Shown here in pieces: positions 18,128 to 27,721 of a stretch of 64,000 bases of DNA. Within the stretch, counting starts at the first letter, position 1. Each line of letters begins with the position of its first letter. The stretch covers positions 160,001 to 224,000 of the forward strand of contig CAVSPA010000005.1 of assembly GCA_963729715.1 (NCBI GenBank), written 5' to 3'. The stretch is from an uncultured delta proteobacterium (GTDB lineage Bacteria > Desulfobacterota > Syntrophia > Syntrophales > UBA2185). Below the pieces are notes generated by a model, which was given only the letters and a program-made list of their open reading frames with translations, had not been told where the DNA came from and searched no databases. The translations under genes and the position numbers were made by a program.

Positions 18128-19066
18128 CTAATTGCTGCATCGGTCTTTCAGAGCGGCAACGTCATCCGGAGCGAGGCTGAGGGAATCCGATTGCATCAGC
18201 CTGTACATTATGGCTTTGGGATTATCGTTGTGCTTCAATCCCAACGCATGGCCGAATTCGTGGGCCAGCACCCGCACCAGTTTCTTATCATCGTCAAACT
18301 GGTAGATTGTAATCGTATGCTTGCCATCCTTGCTGACATAATCCCCGCCGCAAAACTCACTTCCCAGTTTGCTGCTTGTATCATGGGACTTGACTACGTC
18401 GAGGTTATAGTTGGCGGCAATATCATTTATAACAACGGTCATGCTGTTGAGGATATCCGCAATCCTCCTGATCTCCTCCTGGCGCGCCTGCAGGCTTTCA
18501 CGCATGTTGTTCAATTCGCCCGCCTCCGCCGTTAAGCGCCTGTAGACGGCTTCCGTTACTGCGCCTCGCTGACGCCCCGCTTCAATCTCGGCATTGTACG
18601 CGCCGAGACGTCTGTTGTAGGCGTTAGAGTCATTCGCGAGGGCTGAATTTTTAGTTTCGTATTCCGCTTTGAGGTTTTCAAAACGAATCTTCATGTCATC
18701 ATATGCACCTTTAGTGGTACCAATTGCGTAGTGGAGTTTTTTCAGTTTGTCCGCCGCTCCCTGCCGGTAGTCATAGATGAGATTGACCTCTATCCTGCCG
18801 TTAGGTTCCTCCCGGAAAAGCGGTCGGGCGTAAGGTTTTGCCCAGATGGACGCGGCCTTCCCTGCCGAATCGGCAAACTCCTGGCGGCTCAAACCGAACC
18901 GTGCGTCTACTGTGCCTATGTGGTAGGTCAGCGGTTCCTGGCACGGGCGGGGCATGCGATAGTATATTATGACAAGGACGATCAGGGTGATAAGAAGGAG
19001 ATAGATCCCCAGACTGCTTCTCCCTGATGAGCCCGGTATTCCAGGATGGCTGATTGCAGGTTTCAT
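18128..19066 (-). CDS. Matrixin-like (M10) zinc metalloprotease with N-terminal TM anchor and coiled-coil insert
   Basis: HEFGHALGLKH zinc motif and Met-turn AIMY. Confidence 0.85.
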   Translation of the reverse strand: MKPAISHPGIPGSSGRSSLGIYLLLITLIVLVIIYYRMPRPCQEPLTYHIGTVDARFGLSRQEFADSAGKAASIWAKPYARPLFREEPNGRIEVNLIYDYRQGAADKLKKLHYAIGTTKGAYDDMKIRFENLKAEYETKNSALANDSNAYNRRLGAYNAEIEAGRQRGAVTEAVYRRLTAEAGELNNMRESLQARQEEIRRIADILNSMTVVINDIAANYNLDVVKSHDTSSKLGSEFCGGDYVSKDGKHTITIYQFDDDKKLVRVLAHEFGHALGLKHNDNPKAIMYRLMQSDSLSLAPDDVAALKDRCSN

Positions 19067-19363
19067 AAAGTATGCATTTGACGCCAGCGAAGAAGGGCAT
19101 CCGGTACTTATTACACGTTTCCCCTCTTGGGCCCGCCTTCGAATGTAATCGAAATTTGTTTTTTCTAGCTCACGGAGTATAAAGGGAAAGATACCCGGTG
19201 TCAATTGCAAATGCCCGCGCCCGGTGGCTGCTCCACAGGCATTTCCGGCAGTGCCCTGAATGATGACACAATGATCGAGTCATTGAGGAAATGAAAAAGA
19301 TGCCGTCCTTGAAATGCTGCATCCGTCAAAAAAGCCCCGTGAGACTGATGCTGAGACTGATGC

Positions 19364-19392
19364 TTGACATAATCGACGGGGCATCATATAGT
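19364..19392 (+). promoter_or_regulatory. Sigma-70 promoter
   Basis: TTGACA-N17-TATAGT. Confidence 0.75.
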
Positions 19393-19432
19393 AGATTTAC
19401 TTTTAGAGCCGGTTTTCGTCCGAGTCCCCTAC

Positions 19433-19464
19433 CCCAGAGCTTAAAAAGGGCGCTGGGTTTTTTT
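19433..19464 (+). terminator. Terminator-like hairpin in the 5' leader
   Basis: CCCAGAGC...GCGCTGGG followed by T7. Confidence 0.55.
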
Positions 19465-19525
19465 AAGGCTGAAAGTAATTTCCTCAAGAGCGGCATAGAC
19501 CACGCCGTATGAAGGCAGGTGGAAT

Positions 19526-19684
19526 ATGGCAAGGCAAAGTCAAAACAAGTTCATTAAGAGACAAAAGGAACTTGAGCGCATGCGAAAAGCAAAAGAGAAG
19601 ATGCAGAGGCGTCAGAACAAGAAAGACAAGATGATGGAGTCTGATGAGGCGCCCGCGCCAGTCGAGCCAACCGATCAGCCCTGA
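19526..19684 (+). CDS. Small basic hypothetical protein (52 aa)
   Basis: Below the ORF-track cutoff. MARQSQNKFIKRQKELERMRKAKEKMQRRQNKK...; AGGTGG RBS; downstream of a good promoter. Confidence 0.7.
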   Translation: MARQSQNKFIKRQKELERMRKAKEKMQRRQNKKDKMMESDEAPAPVEPTDQP

Positions 19685-19954
19685 AAACCCCATGCGATTG
19701 AATGTCAACAGTTTGGCAAATGTCCTTAACCAGTCTCAGATGAGACAGGCATTTGATTCCTGCACCGGTGATAGAGCCTGCTTCAAGTCTTCTCCGCGGA
19801 TCTCGATATCCTTAGAGAAAAGCGCCTATCTTCCCTGATTCCCGTTTTACATAGCGAAAACAAGGCAGTATCCATGAATTATAAGAGTAAAAATTTAAAT
19901 ATACAAAAGAAGAATAAACGAATATAATGCGCTAAATTAAATGAAGGAGATGTT

Positions 19955-20263
19955 ATGAATATTTATGTAGGGAACTTGGCTTACACCGTTACGGAAGAGG
20001 ATTTACGTCAGGCTTTTGGAGAATTCGGACAGGTAGCGTCCGCGTCCATCATCAAGGACCAGTCCAGCGGCCATTCCAAGGGATTCGGATTTGTTGAGAT
20101 GCCGTCGACAGAGGAAGCGCAGGCGGCCATCAGCGGTCTCAATGGCAAAGAAGTGAAGGGACGGAAGCTGAACGTGAATGAGGCGCGTCCCCGCACGGAG
20201 GATCGCCGCGGTGGCGGTGGCGGCGGCGGCGGAAGACGTCCCGGCGGCAGACCGCGCTATTAG
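19955..20263 (+). CDS. RRM-domain RNA-binding protein with Gly/Arg-rich tail
   Basis: RNP2 IYVGNL and RNP1 KGFGFVEM. Confidence 0.97.
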   Translation: MNIYVGNLAYTVTEEDLRQAFGEFGQVASASIIKDQSSGHSKGFGFVEMPSTEEAQAAISGLNGKEVKGRKLNVNEARPRTEDRRGGGGGGGGRRPGGRPRY

Positions 20264-20307
20264 TAGAATTTCCATACCGCTATTAAGAGCTTTGAAAATT
20301 TCCCATC

Positions 20308-20359
20308 TTGTCATTTTGACCCCTTCGGTTTACTCAGGGTAAACTCCGGGAGAAATCTT
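20308..20359. repeat. REP-like nested repeat
   Basis: GTCATTTTGACCCCTTCGGTTTACTCAGGGTAAACTCCGGGAGAAATCT; inverted copy at ~2252-2305. Confidence 0.75.
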
Positions 20360-20552
20360 ATTGACCGTTCATCAATCATAAGATTGACACGTCGCTGCCC
20401 CTTTGCATTGACCGGGGCTGCGACTCGCCATGGCGATGACATCAGGCGCAGATTTTTAAAGTTCTCATATGCAAGAAAAGATATTGGGACAATGCCAATT
20501 GCAGAACTGATTGGCGGAAGCGTCCCCTTTATCCCCTCAATTATCTTACGCC

Positions 20553-20993
20553 ATGAATAAGCACCAAACTTTACTTATCTTTCTTCTACCGGTCATTTTC
20601 GCAACTGGTTTGCTTTTTACTTCCTGCAAGGAAGAGGGAGAAGTCATTTCCAAGCCGGACGAATTCGCGCACGTCTATGAGGCCAGCGAAAATAAATTGC
20701 TTCACGCTATCGCACAGGTATTCAAAGACAAGGGATTCGGAAGCGCCTCGATAAACCAAGAGAAGAACCAGGTTGAATCGGGTTACCTGATTCAGGATGA
20801 CTGGAGGACGAAGGGCACAGCCAACGTTAAAAAGCTGAACTGGAAAGAATGTGAAGTTGTCCTCTCCGTCGTTACCGAGAAGAAGATCTCAACCGGTTGG
20901 GAGATGCGCAGGCTCCTCGGGAAAAAACAGTACGACACCTTTTTTGACGCCATAGAGATTCAGCTTTATCAAGAGATGTATAAGGTCAAATAG
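20553..20993 (+). CDS. Hypothetical lipoprotein
   Basis: Signal peptide ending in a lipobox-like FTSC. Confidence 0.7.
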   Translation: MNKHQTLLIFLLPVIFATGLLFTSCKEEGEVISKPDEFAHVYEASENKLLHAIAQVFKDKGFGSASINQEKNQVESGYLIQDDWRTKGTANVKKLNWKECEVVLSVVTEKKISTGWEMRRLLGKKQYDTFFDAIEIQLYQEMYKVK

Positions 20994-21015
20994 GACGGCG
21001 GCAGGCACTGATGGA

Positions 21016-21816
21016 TCAGGGGCGCCAATGCTTTCTGTTGTGCGTGTAAAATTGTTCGACGATGCGCTCCATTTCATGGGAAGTGATAATACTGCGATCA
21101 ACGAAGAAGCTGCCGATAAGGGGCTGCAGCATTCTCTGTCTCGCGAGCAGAATGGTTCGCTGATAGCTGCTGATGTAACCGCAGCGAAGTGCGCATTCAC
21201 AGAATTTCTCGCCGCTGCGTCGCATGGAGATAATTGACCGGATATCGTTCTGATCCAGCCAGTCCCAGCGCACAGCAATTTTACCGACCATGGGCCGCTT
21301 ACTTTTTTGCCACACGATAGCCTCAATCAGGCTTGTCATCGAGATGACGCCGCTATAGTAAAGAAACCGACCGAGGAGAAGCTGTTTTCTCGGAAGTCCG
21401 CCCTGCCAGAGATGTTCACTCATGCCCTGATACCTGCTTCGATGAGCGCTGCTTCCCGTCCTTCTTTGATCATGCGCCTCATATGTCCGCTGTCTTTTTT
21501 TGACCGACTCATGTTCATGGGACCAGTGGGTGGCATAGCCGCTATGCGAGTATCTCCAGGGATATTCGAGAAATGTGTTCAATTGATTGTAGGCAAGGGT
21601 CACTTCTCTGAAGCGCTCTGTTAGGCTTGAGGGCGATTCGGCAAGCGCTGTGGCACGATCAGGGTGGGTCTCGAAAGCCCTCTTCCGGTATGCTCTCTTC
21701 AGCCCGGCAGCCTTGAGGCATTTCAGAAAATCTCCGGAACAGTTTGCATCGGTTCCAAACAAGACAGTGCAGGCCCTGTGAAGGTCTGATGATGTGGACG
21801 CCGTTTTGTCCTGCAT
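21016..21816 (-). CDS. J-domain (DnaJ-type) protein with C-terminal repeats
   Basis: LKRAYRKRAFETHPDR ... F.EV..AY..L. Confidence 0.85.
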   Translation of the reverse strand: MQDKTASTSSDLHRACTVLFGTDANCSGDFLKCLKAAGLKRAYRKRAFETHPDRATALAESPSSLTERFREVTLAYNQLNTFLEYPWRYSHSGYATHWSHEHESVKKRQRTYEAHDQRRTGSSAHRSRYQGMSEHLWQGGLPRKQLLLGRFLYYSGVISMTSLIEAIVWQKSKRPMVGKIAVRWDWLDQNDIRSIISMRRSGEKFCECALRCGYISSYQRTILLARQRMLQPLIGSFFVDRSIITSHEMERIVEQFYTHNRKHWRP

Positions 21817-22131
21817 TTTTTCTCCCCGTTCGCTTGCTCCCGATTCTTTTTATATCTGAGCAAGAGAGATAACGACGATTTAATAAGGAGGTTCCAATCA
21901 ATCTGATTTCTATTTATCACGAGCACCGCTAATATCTCAAGAAGGAAAAGTGGAAGAGGATACGTTGACCTGTTTTCGGAAGTGTAAGGATTTGACCGCA
22001 ATTCCCTAACACGTTAGCGTAGACGAGAAAACTATAACATCCAAGAAACCTGATGAAGTTGTCGGAAAATATCTGGCTATTATTGACGGCACGAAAGAAC
22101 CATGGGGATTTTCGTGAGGCAGGAGGGAAAA

Positions 22132-22272
22132 GTAAAGAACCCCGTGCTTCCGCACGGGGCATTAAAACTCAAAATCTAACTGCTTGGGAGCTTTTCTTCA
22201 TACTTATGATACTCAATTCCTAAAGAACGGAAACCCTTTCCTCCCCGTGCTTCCGCACGGGGTATCCAGGGT
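22132..22272. mobile_element. Non-autonomous IS200/IS605-type miniature element (PATE/MITE-like)
   Basis: Identical hairpins CCCCGTGCTTCCGCACGGGG at 22140-22159 and 22243-22262; end contexts GTAAAGAACCCC... and TTTCCTCCCCG...CGGGGTATCC; no coding capacity. Confidence 0.65.
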
Positions 22273-22281
22273 TTGATTTTC

Positions 22282-23016
22282 ATGAAGAGAATCGTTGTTT
22301 CAATTATCGGTCTGGTGCTGGTCGCCTCGTTCGCTTACCTTTTATCGACGTCCGCACTTGCTCAAAACCTGAACCCTATGAACTCGCGCAATCCGGCGTT
22401 ATCGCAGCCGAGGTCATACAGCATCGCCGAGTTAACTACTCTCCGGGCGGGGGAATTGAGGGACTCAGATCTCGTTCAGATGACCGTCGCGGAATTCAGG
22501 GCGGTGGCGCTCCGCCAGATCAAGGTGAGCAACATGGACGACCCGCGGGAAATTGCCAAAGCGCTGCGGACTTCACCAGCGCTGCAGGCTTCACGCCAGC
22601 AGAGCCCTCTTCCGGGGGTCAGGCTGCAATCTGGCCAGAGTGGACAGAATAAGCCTACAGGTGCGGTGGTCCATGGGCCGGTGACTGCGCCTCCCGCTGC
22701 TCCGGATTTCCACCAGAGAGCCAACTTATTAGATGCCTCTACCTAAGTACATATCAACAATAGGTACACAGGTCCCGACCGTGCAGAATTTATTAGCATT
22801 GAACGGCAGAATGGCGTGGCCGAACCCTTTGTCTAAATCGCCAGAATACCGGTGACCGGGGAGGACAGCCAAGCGTATGAGGATACAACCTGCACTGGTA
22901 TCACCTTTTACCGCCTGCGCGCCTACAACAAGATCGGACAGTCACAGCGCTCCTGCGAACTAGGCACACTGTGTGGGGCGCGTGATAGCTACTACGATTG
23001 CAGACGGACCCAATAG
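22282..23016 (+). pseudogene. Secreted fibronectin type III-like domain protein interrupted by two in-frame TAA codons
   Basis: Signal peptide; reading through TAA at 22744 and 22834 gives PPAAP...SIER...FV*IA...YEDT...FYRLRAYNKIGQS. Confidence 0.7.
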
Positions 23017-23023
23017 CAAGACA

Positions 23024-23896
23024 TCATGGGAGTAGGGGGTCCCAGCTTGCGGTGTATTCGCAAAGGGTGTTTGGCTTTTCGATCTTTGGCTCCTTGATTT
23101 CCCACTTGCCTTTCCAGCCAAGTTCGCTCGCCGTGAGTTCGAAGTGGCACATGGCGATGCCCATATCCACCCGCTGCAAATCTGCTATGTTTAAAAGCCT
23201 GAAAGTGAGGCTATTGCCATACCCCCTGGTGCGCTGCATGTAGAAGTGCCATGAACCAGCATCTTTGATGATTCTCCAAGGCTGCTTATTTGAAGCGGAA
23301 GGCCCTATGCGCACCATTTCCAGCGGCAGTGCATAGGTACCGGCGTCATCCGACGAGAGCGGAATGCCGAACTTCTCCCGGAATAACAGATTCTCCCAGG
23401 GCTTACGGTTGTATCCTCCCACAATCTGGCGGATCGTGAGGCTGGATTGCTCCTGCTGCAAAATATATCCAACGGAAGCTACAGCAGGCACAAGCTCTGC
23501 GACTGTGGCGGAAATCTTTTTTGCAAAGCTGCTCCTAGTGAAACTGCCTCCCAGCCAGCATGTGCCGAGCCCCATGTCCGTCGCAAATAGAATTGCTCTC
23601 TCCATCATGTAGCCAAAGTCCTCCAGATTCTTTGGAGAAGGTCCTACGGCGCCCACGATAAATCCTATGGCACCCTTGATAAAGCCGTATGTGCCCAATC
23701 CCTTCAGGGCCTTTCGATCCTGATCCGTTGCGGCTATAAGCTTAAAGCGCACCGCCGTGCCGAATGGTCCTTTGCCAGTTGCAGACAGATAATCGGACAG
23801 GCGTTTCCGGTCATCTTCCACGATGGGCGTATCAATATATGTCCGGCAGGAAAATCGTTTCCGGATGATCTCCGTTATGGGTTCACGGTAAAACAT
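23024..23896 (-). CDS. Nitroreductase family protein
   Basis: IRKRFSCRTY, GLGTCWLGG, PSASNKQPW, DMGIAMCHF. Confidence 0.9.
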   Translation of the reverse strand: MFYREPITEIIRKRFSCRTYIDTPIVEDDRKRLSDYLSATGKGPFGTAVRFKLIAATDQDRKALKGLGTYGFIKGAIGFIVGAVGPSPKNLEDFGYMMERAILFATDMGLGTCWLGGSFTRSSFAKKISATVAELVPAVASVGYILQQEQSSLTIRQIVGGYNRKPWENLLFREKFGIPLSSDDAGTYALPLEMVRIGPSASNKQPWRIIKDAGSWHFYMQRTRGYGNSLTFRLLNIADLQRVDMGIAMCHFELTASELGWKGKWEIKEPKIEKPNTLCEYTASWDPLLP

Positions 23897-23919
23897 GATT
23901 AACCTCCATGGAAGAGCAG

Positions 23920-25053
23920 CTAAGAGCCGCACGCAGGCGGGCGCGCCGGCACAGTTACGAACATACCGCCAACGCACAAGGCGGCGGCGAAAAGCATAAC
24001 ACCGCGATAACCCCATCCCTGAGCAATGAGGCCGCCAAGGATCGGACCTACAGCATTGCACAAATTAAGGGTAGACTGGAAGATGCCCCCCGCAGTACCT
24101 TTTTCTTTCCCGCCCCGCAGTACAATCAGCAAAGCGCCCACATAGAGACACGACCAGGCCACTCCCAGTACCACCTGCAGTATGATTAGAGAGAACCGGC
24201 TTGTAAAAAAAGCATATGCTGAGAACACGAATATTGAAAGCACTTGACCCCAGAAAAAAGTCTCGAATTCGGAAAACCGCTCGAGCTGGCGCATGACCAA
24301 AAATTGCACGATAAAATTAACGCCCCATAAAAGGCCGATCCAAAAATGATCCAGTCCTATAGAAACCAGATACAACGGGAAAATTACCCAGACGGCGCTC
24401 GCGCCGAGATGACGGAGGAATACGGCAAGATAAACCCTATAGTCCCGGCGCATTACAAGCCACAGATTCGGGGGTCTGGAGAATTTATACGTAGGCACTT
24501 TCTGAAAGGCAAGGGAGATGAAGAAAGCAATCAGGCAGAACAGAAAACTGAGCCAGAAAAGAAGTTCGATGTCTCCAACCATTGACGACGTGGCGGCTCC
24601 GAAAATCCATCCGAGGGACCCATAGGAGCTGTACTTCCCCATATTGGCCCCGCATTCAAAAGCATACGTGATTGTTGCCGCAACGGCAATACCGAGCGCA
24701 AAACCTACGGCTGCCCGAGCTATAATTAATGCCGGGACGCTGTGCGCGAGGAGCTGGGCGGCAAAGGCCACGCTGCTCATCAGAAGCCCCCACCGCACAA
24801 AGAGAAGCCTTCCCAGGTGGTCGGATTTCCATCCCGAAATAAGAGAGGAAAACAGAAACGCGATCCCGTAGGCTGCGCCTACAACACCGACTTCAAAGTC
24901 GGATGCCCCCAATTCTGCGCCTAGGAGTGGAACAAAGATAAATGAGCTCATCGCGGCAAAGCTGAGAAAAAAGTTAACGAGGCCGATGAGCCAGTGGTAA
25001 GATCCGCCTCCTGGCTGATTTACCTTCTCTATAATAATATCTTGTTCAAGCAT
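23920..25053 (-). CDS. MFS transporter
   Basis: G..SDHLGR motif A; about 12 TM segments. Confidence 0.9.
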   Translation of the reverse strand: MLEQDIIIEKVNQPGGGSYHWLIGLVNFFLSFAAMSSFIFVPLLGAELGASDFEVGVVGAAYGIAFLFSSLISGWKSDHLGRLLFVRWGLLMSSVAFAAQLLAHSVPALIIARAAVGFALGIAVAATITYAFECGANMGKYSSYGSLGWIFGAATSSMVGDIELLFWLSFLFCLIAFFISLAFQKVPTYKFSRPPNLWLVMRRDYRVYLAVFLRHLGASAVWVIFPLYLVSIGLDHFWIGLLWGVNFIVQFLVMRQLERFSEFETFFWGQVLSIFVFSAYAFFTSRFSLIILQVVLGVAWSCLYVGALLIVLRGGKEKGTAGGIFQSTLNLCNAVGPILGGLIAQGWGYRGVMLFAAALCVGGMFVTVPARPPACGS

Positions 25054-25098
25054 GATGATTTATTATTGCATAAACACGGCTGTCATATCAATTCCTGC

Positions 25099-25133
25099 AA
25101 AAAAAAGAAAAACCCCGGAATGGCCTCCGGGGC
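25099..25133 (-). terminator. Rho-independent terminator after the kor-hdr operon
   Basis: Minus strand GCCCCGGAGGCCATTCCGGGG followed by a long T tract. Confidence 0.8.
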
Positions 25134-25235
25134 TCGTTCTTCATCGCCGGGAATATATTATCTGATTTATCGCCCTTACATCCTTCTTGTCCTAATACCG
25201 AGATATAATCTTTTCATTTAAGCGCCATTTTGAAA

Positions 25236-27692
25236 TCAGTTAATTTTTGCAGCGGCTGATATCTTGCTTTTCGAGCGGGTCTTTTGCTCTTTCATGACGC
25301 GTATCGTTTCGGCGATTTCCTTGGGAGTGACGCTCTTCCTGATCTTCTCCATCTTCTCCATGACCTCTTGAAAGCGAAGTCCTTCCGCCGCGCTAATCCA
25401 CTCCAGATTTAGCCTTTCGGTGCGGAGGCCCATCTTTTCCATCTTCTTCCAGATGCGCTTGATACGCCGCTCCGTCCACTGATTGGCGTTCATATAGTGG
25501 CAGTCGCCGATGTGACATCCCGAAACCAGCACTACGGCAACCCCTTTGGCGAAGGCTCGCCAGATGAATTTCTCGTGCACCCTTCCGGAGCACATTGTCC
25601 GAATCAGGCGGGTGTTGGCCGGGTAATGGAGCCGCGAGACGCCGGCAAAATCGGCGCCCGCATACGAGCACCAGTTGCATGCAAAGACCGGTATCCTCTC
25701 GGCGGCGTTCCCTTCGAGGATGGCGTCAATTTGAGCCTCAATCTGCGCGTCTGTAAAATGATTCATGGTAATGGCCGTGGTGGGGCATTCGGCCGCGCAT
25801 GTGCCGCAGCCCGAACACGCGGCTCCGGTGACTACTGCTGCCGTCTTCGCCTTTGTGTCCACTCTGATGGCATTGTACGGGCACACCTTTGCACACACGC
25901 CGCACGAGTTGCATATGTCGGGATCAACTGCCGCGGTGATCGCCTCCACGGTCAGCGAACCCGGATTCATGAGGCGCATGGCCCGGGCAGTGGCTGCAGA
26001 GGCCTGGGTGACGGAGTCTTTTATGTCTTTGGGACCTTCGGCGCAGCCGGCAAAAAATATCCCCCGTGTCGCTGAATCCACCGGCTGCAGCTTCGGGTGG
26101 GCCTCCAGGTAGAAGCCGTCCGATGTTGTCTGAAGGGCCAGCATCTCCTGAATAGCCTTCATATCTGCCGGCGGTTCGAGGCCGACGGCGAGGACAACCA
26201 TTTCCGTGCGGTGGCTCTCCAGTTCATTTGTCGCCGTGTTTTCGACTGTCAGCACAAGATCCCGCGTTCGAGGGTCCTGCTTAATATCACCGGGCAGGCC
26301 CCGGATGTAACGGACACCCATACCCTTGCTGCGCCGGAAGAGATCTTCGAATCCCTTGCCGAAGGCCCGGATGTCAATATAGAAAACCTTCACCTCCATG
26401 TCCGGATAGTGTTCCTTGAGCATGATCGTGCTCTTCACGGTGTTCATGCAGCAGATATTCGAGCAGTAGGGCCGGCCCCGGCGCTGGGATCGGGAGCCCA
26501 CGCATTGGATAAACGCGACGGACTTGGGAACCTTACTGTCTGTAAGGCGGATGACCTTGCCGCTCGTAGGCCCGCCGGCATTGATCAGGCGCTCGAGCTC
26601 CATGCTCGTCAGTACATTCTCATAGCGTGTGTAGCCATACTCATCGAGAATAGTCGGATCGTAGGCCTCCATGCCGGTCGCCACGATGATGGTACCGACG
26701 TCGAATTCCATCTCCTCGTCGTTCATGTCGAAGTCGATGCAGCGCTTCTTGCATTTTTCGATGCACTTTCCGCAGATGATGGGATTGTGACCCAGGCATC
26801 GGGTGATATCCACGGCAAAAGCCCCCGGCACCGCCTGCGGAAAAGGCGAATAGATGGCCCGGCGGGAGCTCAGGCCCATGTTGAACTCATCGGGAATGAT
26901 GACCGGGCAAACGTCAACGCAGTCGCCGCATGCCGTGCACTCCTTCTCCTTCACATACCTCGCCCTCTTCAGGATGCGCACATGAAAGCTGCCAACGAAT
27001 CCCGTGATCTCTTTTACTTCGCTCATCGTTAAGAGCGTAATGTTGGGATGCCGACCGGCATCCGTCATCTTGGGCCCGAGTATTCAGATGGAACAGTCCA
27101 TGGTCGGAAAGGTCTTGTCGAGCCTCGCCATGATGCCGCCGATGCTCGGCTGCTTTTCGACGAGTATCACCTTGTAGCCCGAGTCCGCAAGATCAAGCGC
27201 TGCCTGGATCCCAGCCACGCCTCCGCCTATGACCAGAGTAGAAGGTGCAACCGGAACATCCATTTCCATCTGTGCGGCAAGCAGGCGGACCCTTGATACG
27301 GCGGAGCGCACCAGATCCCTCGCCTTGATATTGGCGTTCTTGGCATCATGGCTGTGCACCCATGAGCATTGCTCACGGATGTTCGCCATCTCCATAAGGT
27401 AAGGGTTCAGTCCCGCTTCACTGACACACTGCCGGAAAGTAGCCTCATGAAGCCGCGGTGAGCACGAGGCCACCACCACACGGTTGAGTCCGAATTCCTT
27501 TATGTCATTCTTAATCTGGTTCTGTCCAGGCTCGGAACACGTGTAGCCCTGGTTTCGGCATATCGTGACGTCCGGTAGTTTGCCCGCATATGCAGCAATT
27601 GCATCGCAATCAACAACACCTGCGATATTCGATCCGCACTGGCAGACATAGACGCCTATTCTGACCGCATTATCGTGTTTTGATTCTTCCAT
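25236..27692 (-). CDS. hdrA: Selenocysteine-containing HdrA-MvhD fusion (818 aa; Sec at residue 203)
   Basis: The two track ORFs are in frame, separated by TGA (27084-27086) in [14 protein letters not shown]. HdrA motifs [39 protein letters not shown]-terminal Mvh[11 protein letters not shown]. Confidence 0.92.
27046..27063 (-). promoter_or_regulatory. Bacterial SECIS element
   Basis: GGAUGCC-GGUC-GGCAUCC hairpin starting 20 nt after the UGA; G-initial apical loop. Confidence 0.85.
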
Positions 27693-27721
27693 TCATCATC
27701 CTCTTCATCCAAATCTCTATA

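Noticed and set aside
20205..20250. GGC tandem repeat as a contingency locus
   Set aside because: It encodes the ordinary Gly-rich tail of the RRM protein.
22744..22836. TAA read-through or alternative genetic code
   Set aside because: TAA terminates many intact genes here; nonsense mutations in a silenced gene are the simpler explanation.
27084..27692. Separate short hdrA N-terminal gene, or a pseudogene
   Set aside because: It is in frame with the downstream ORF, the TGA falls at a conserved Cys position and a SECIS-like hairpin follows, so it is treated as one selenoprotein.
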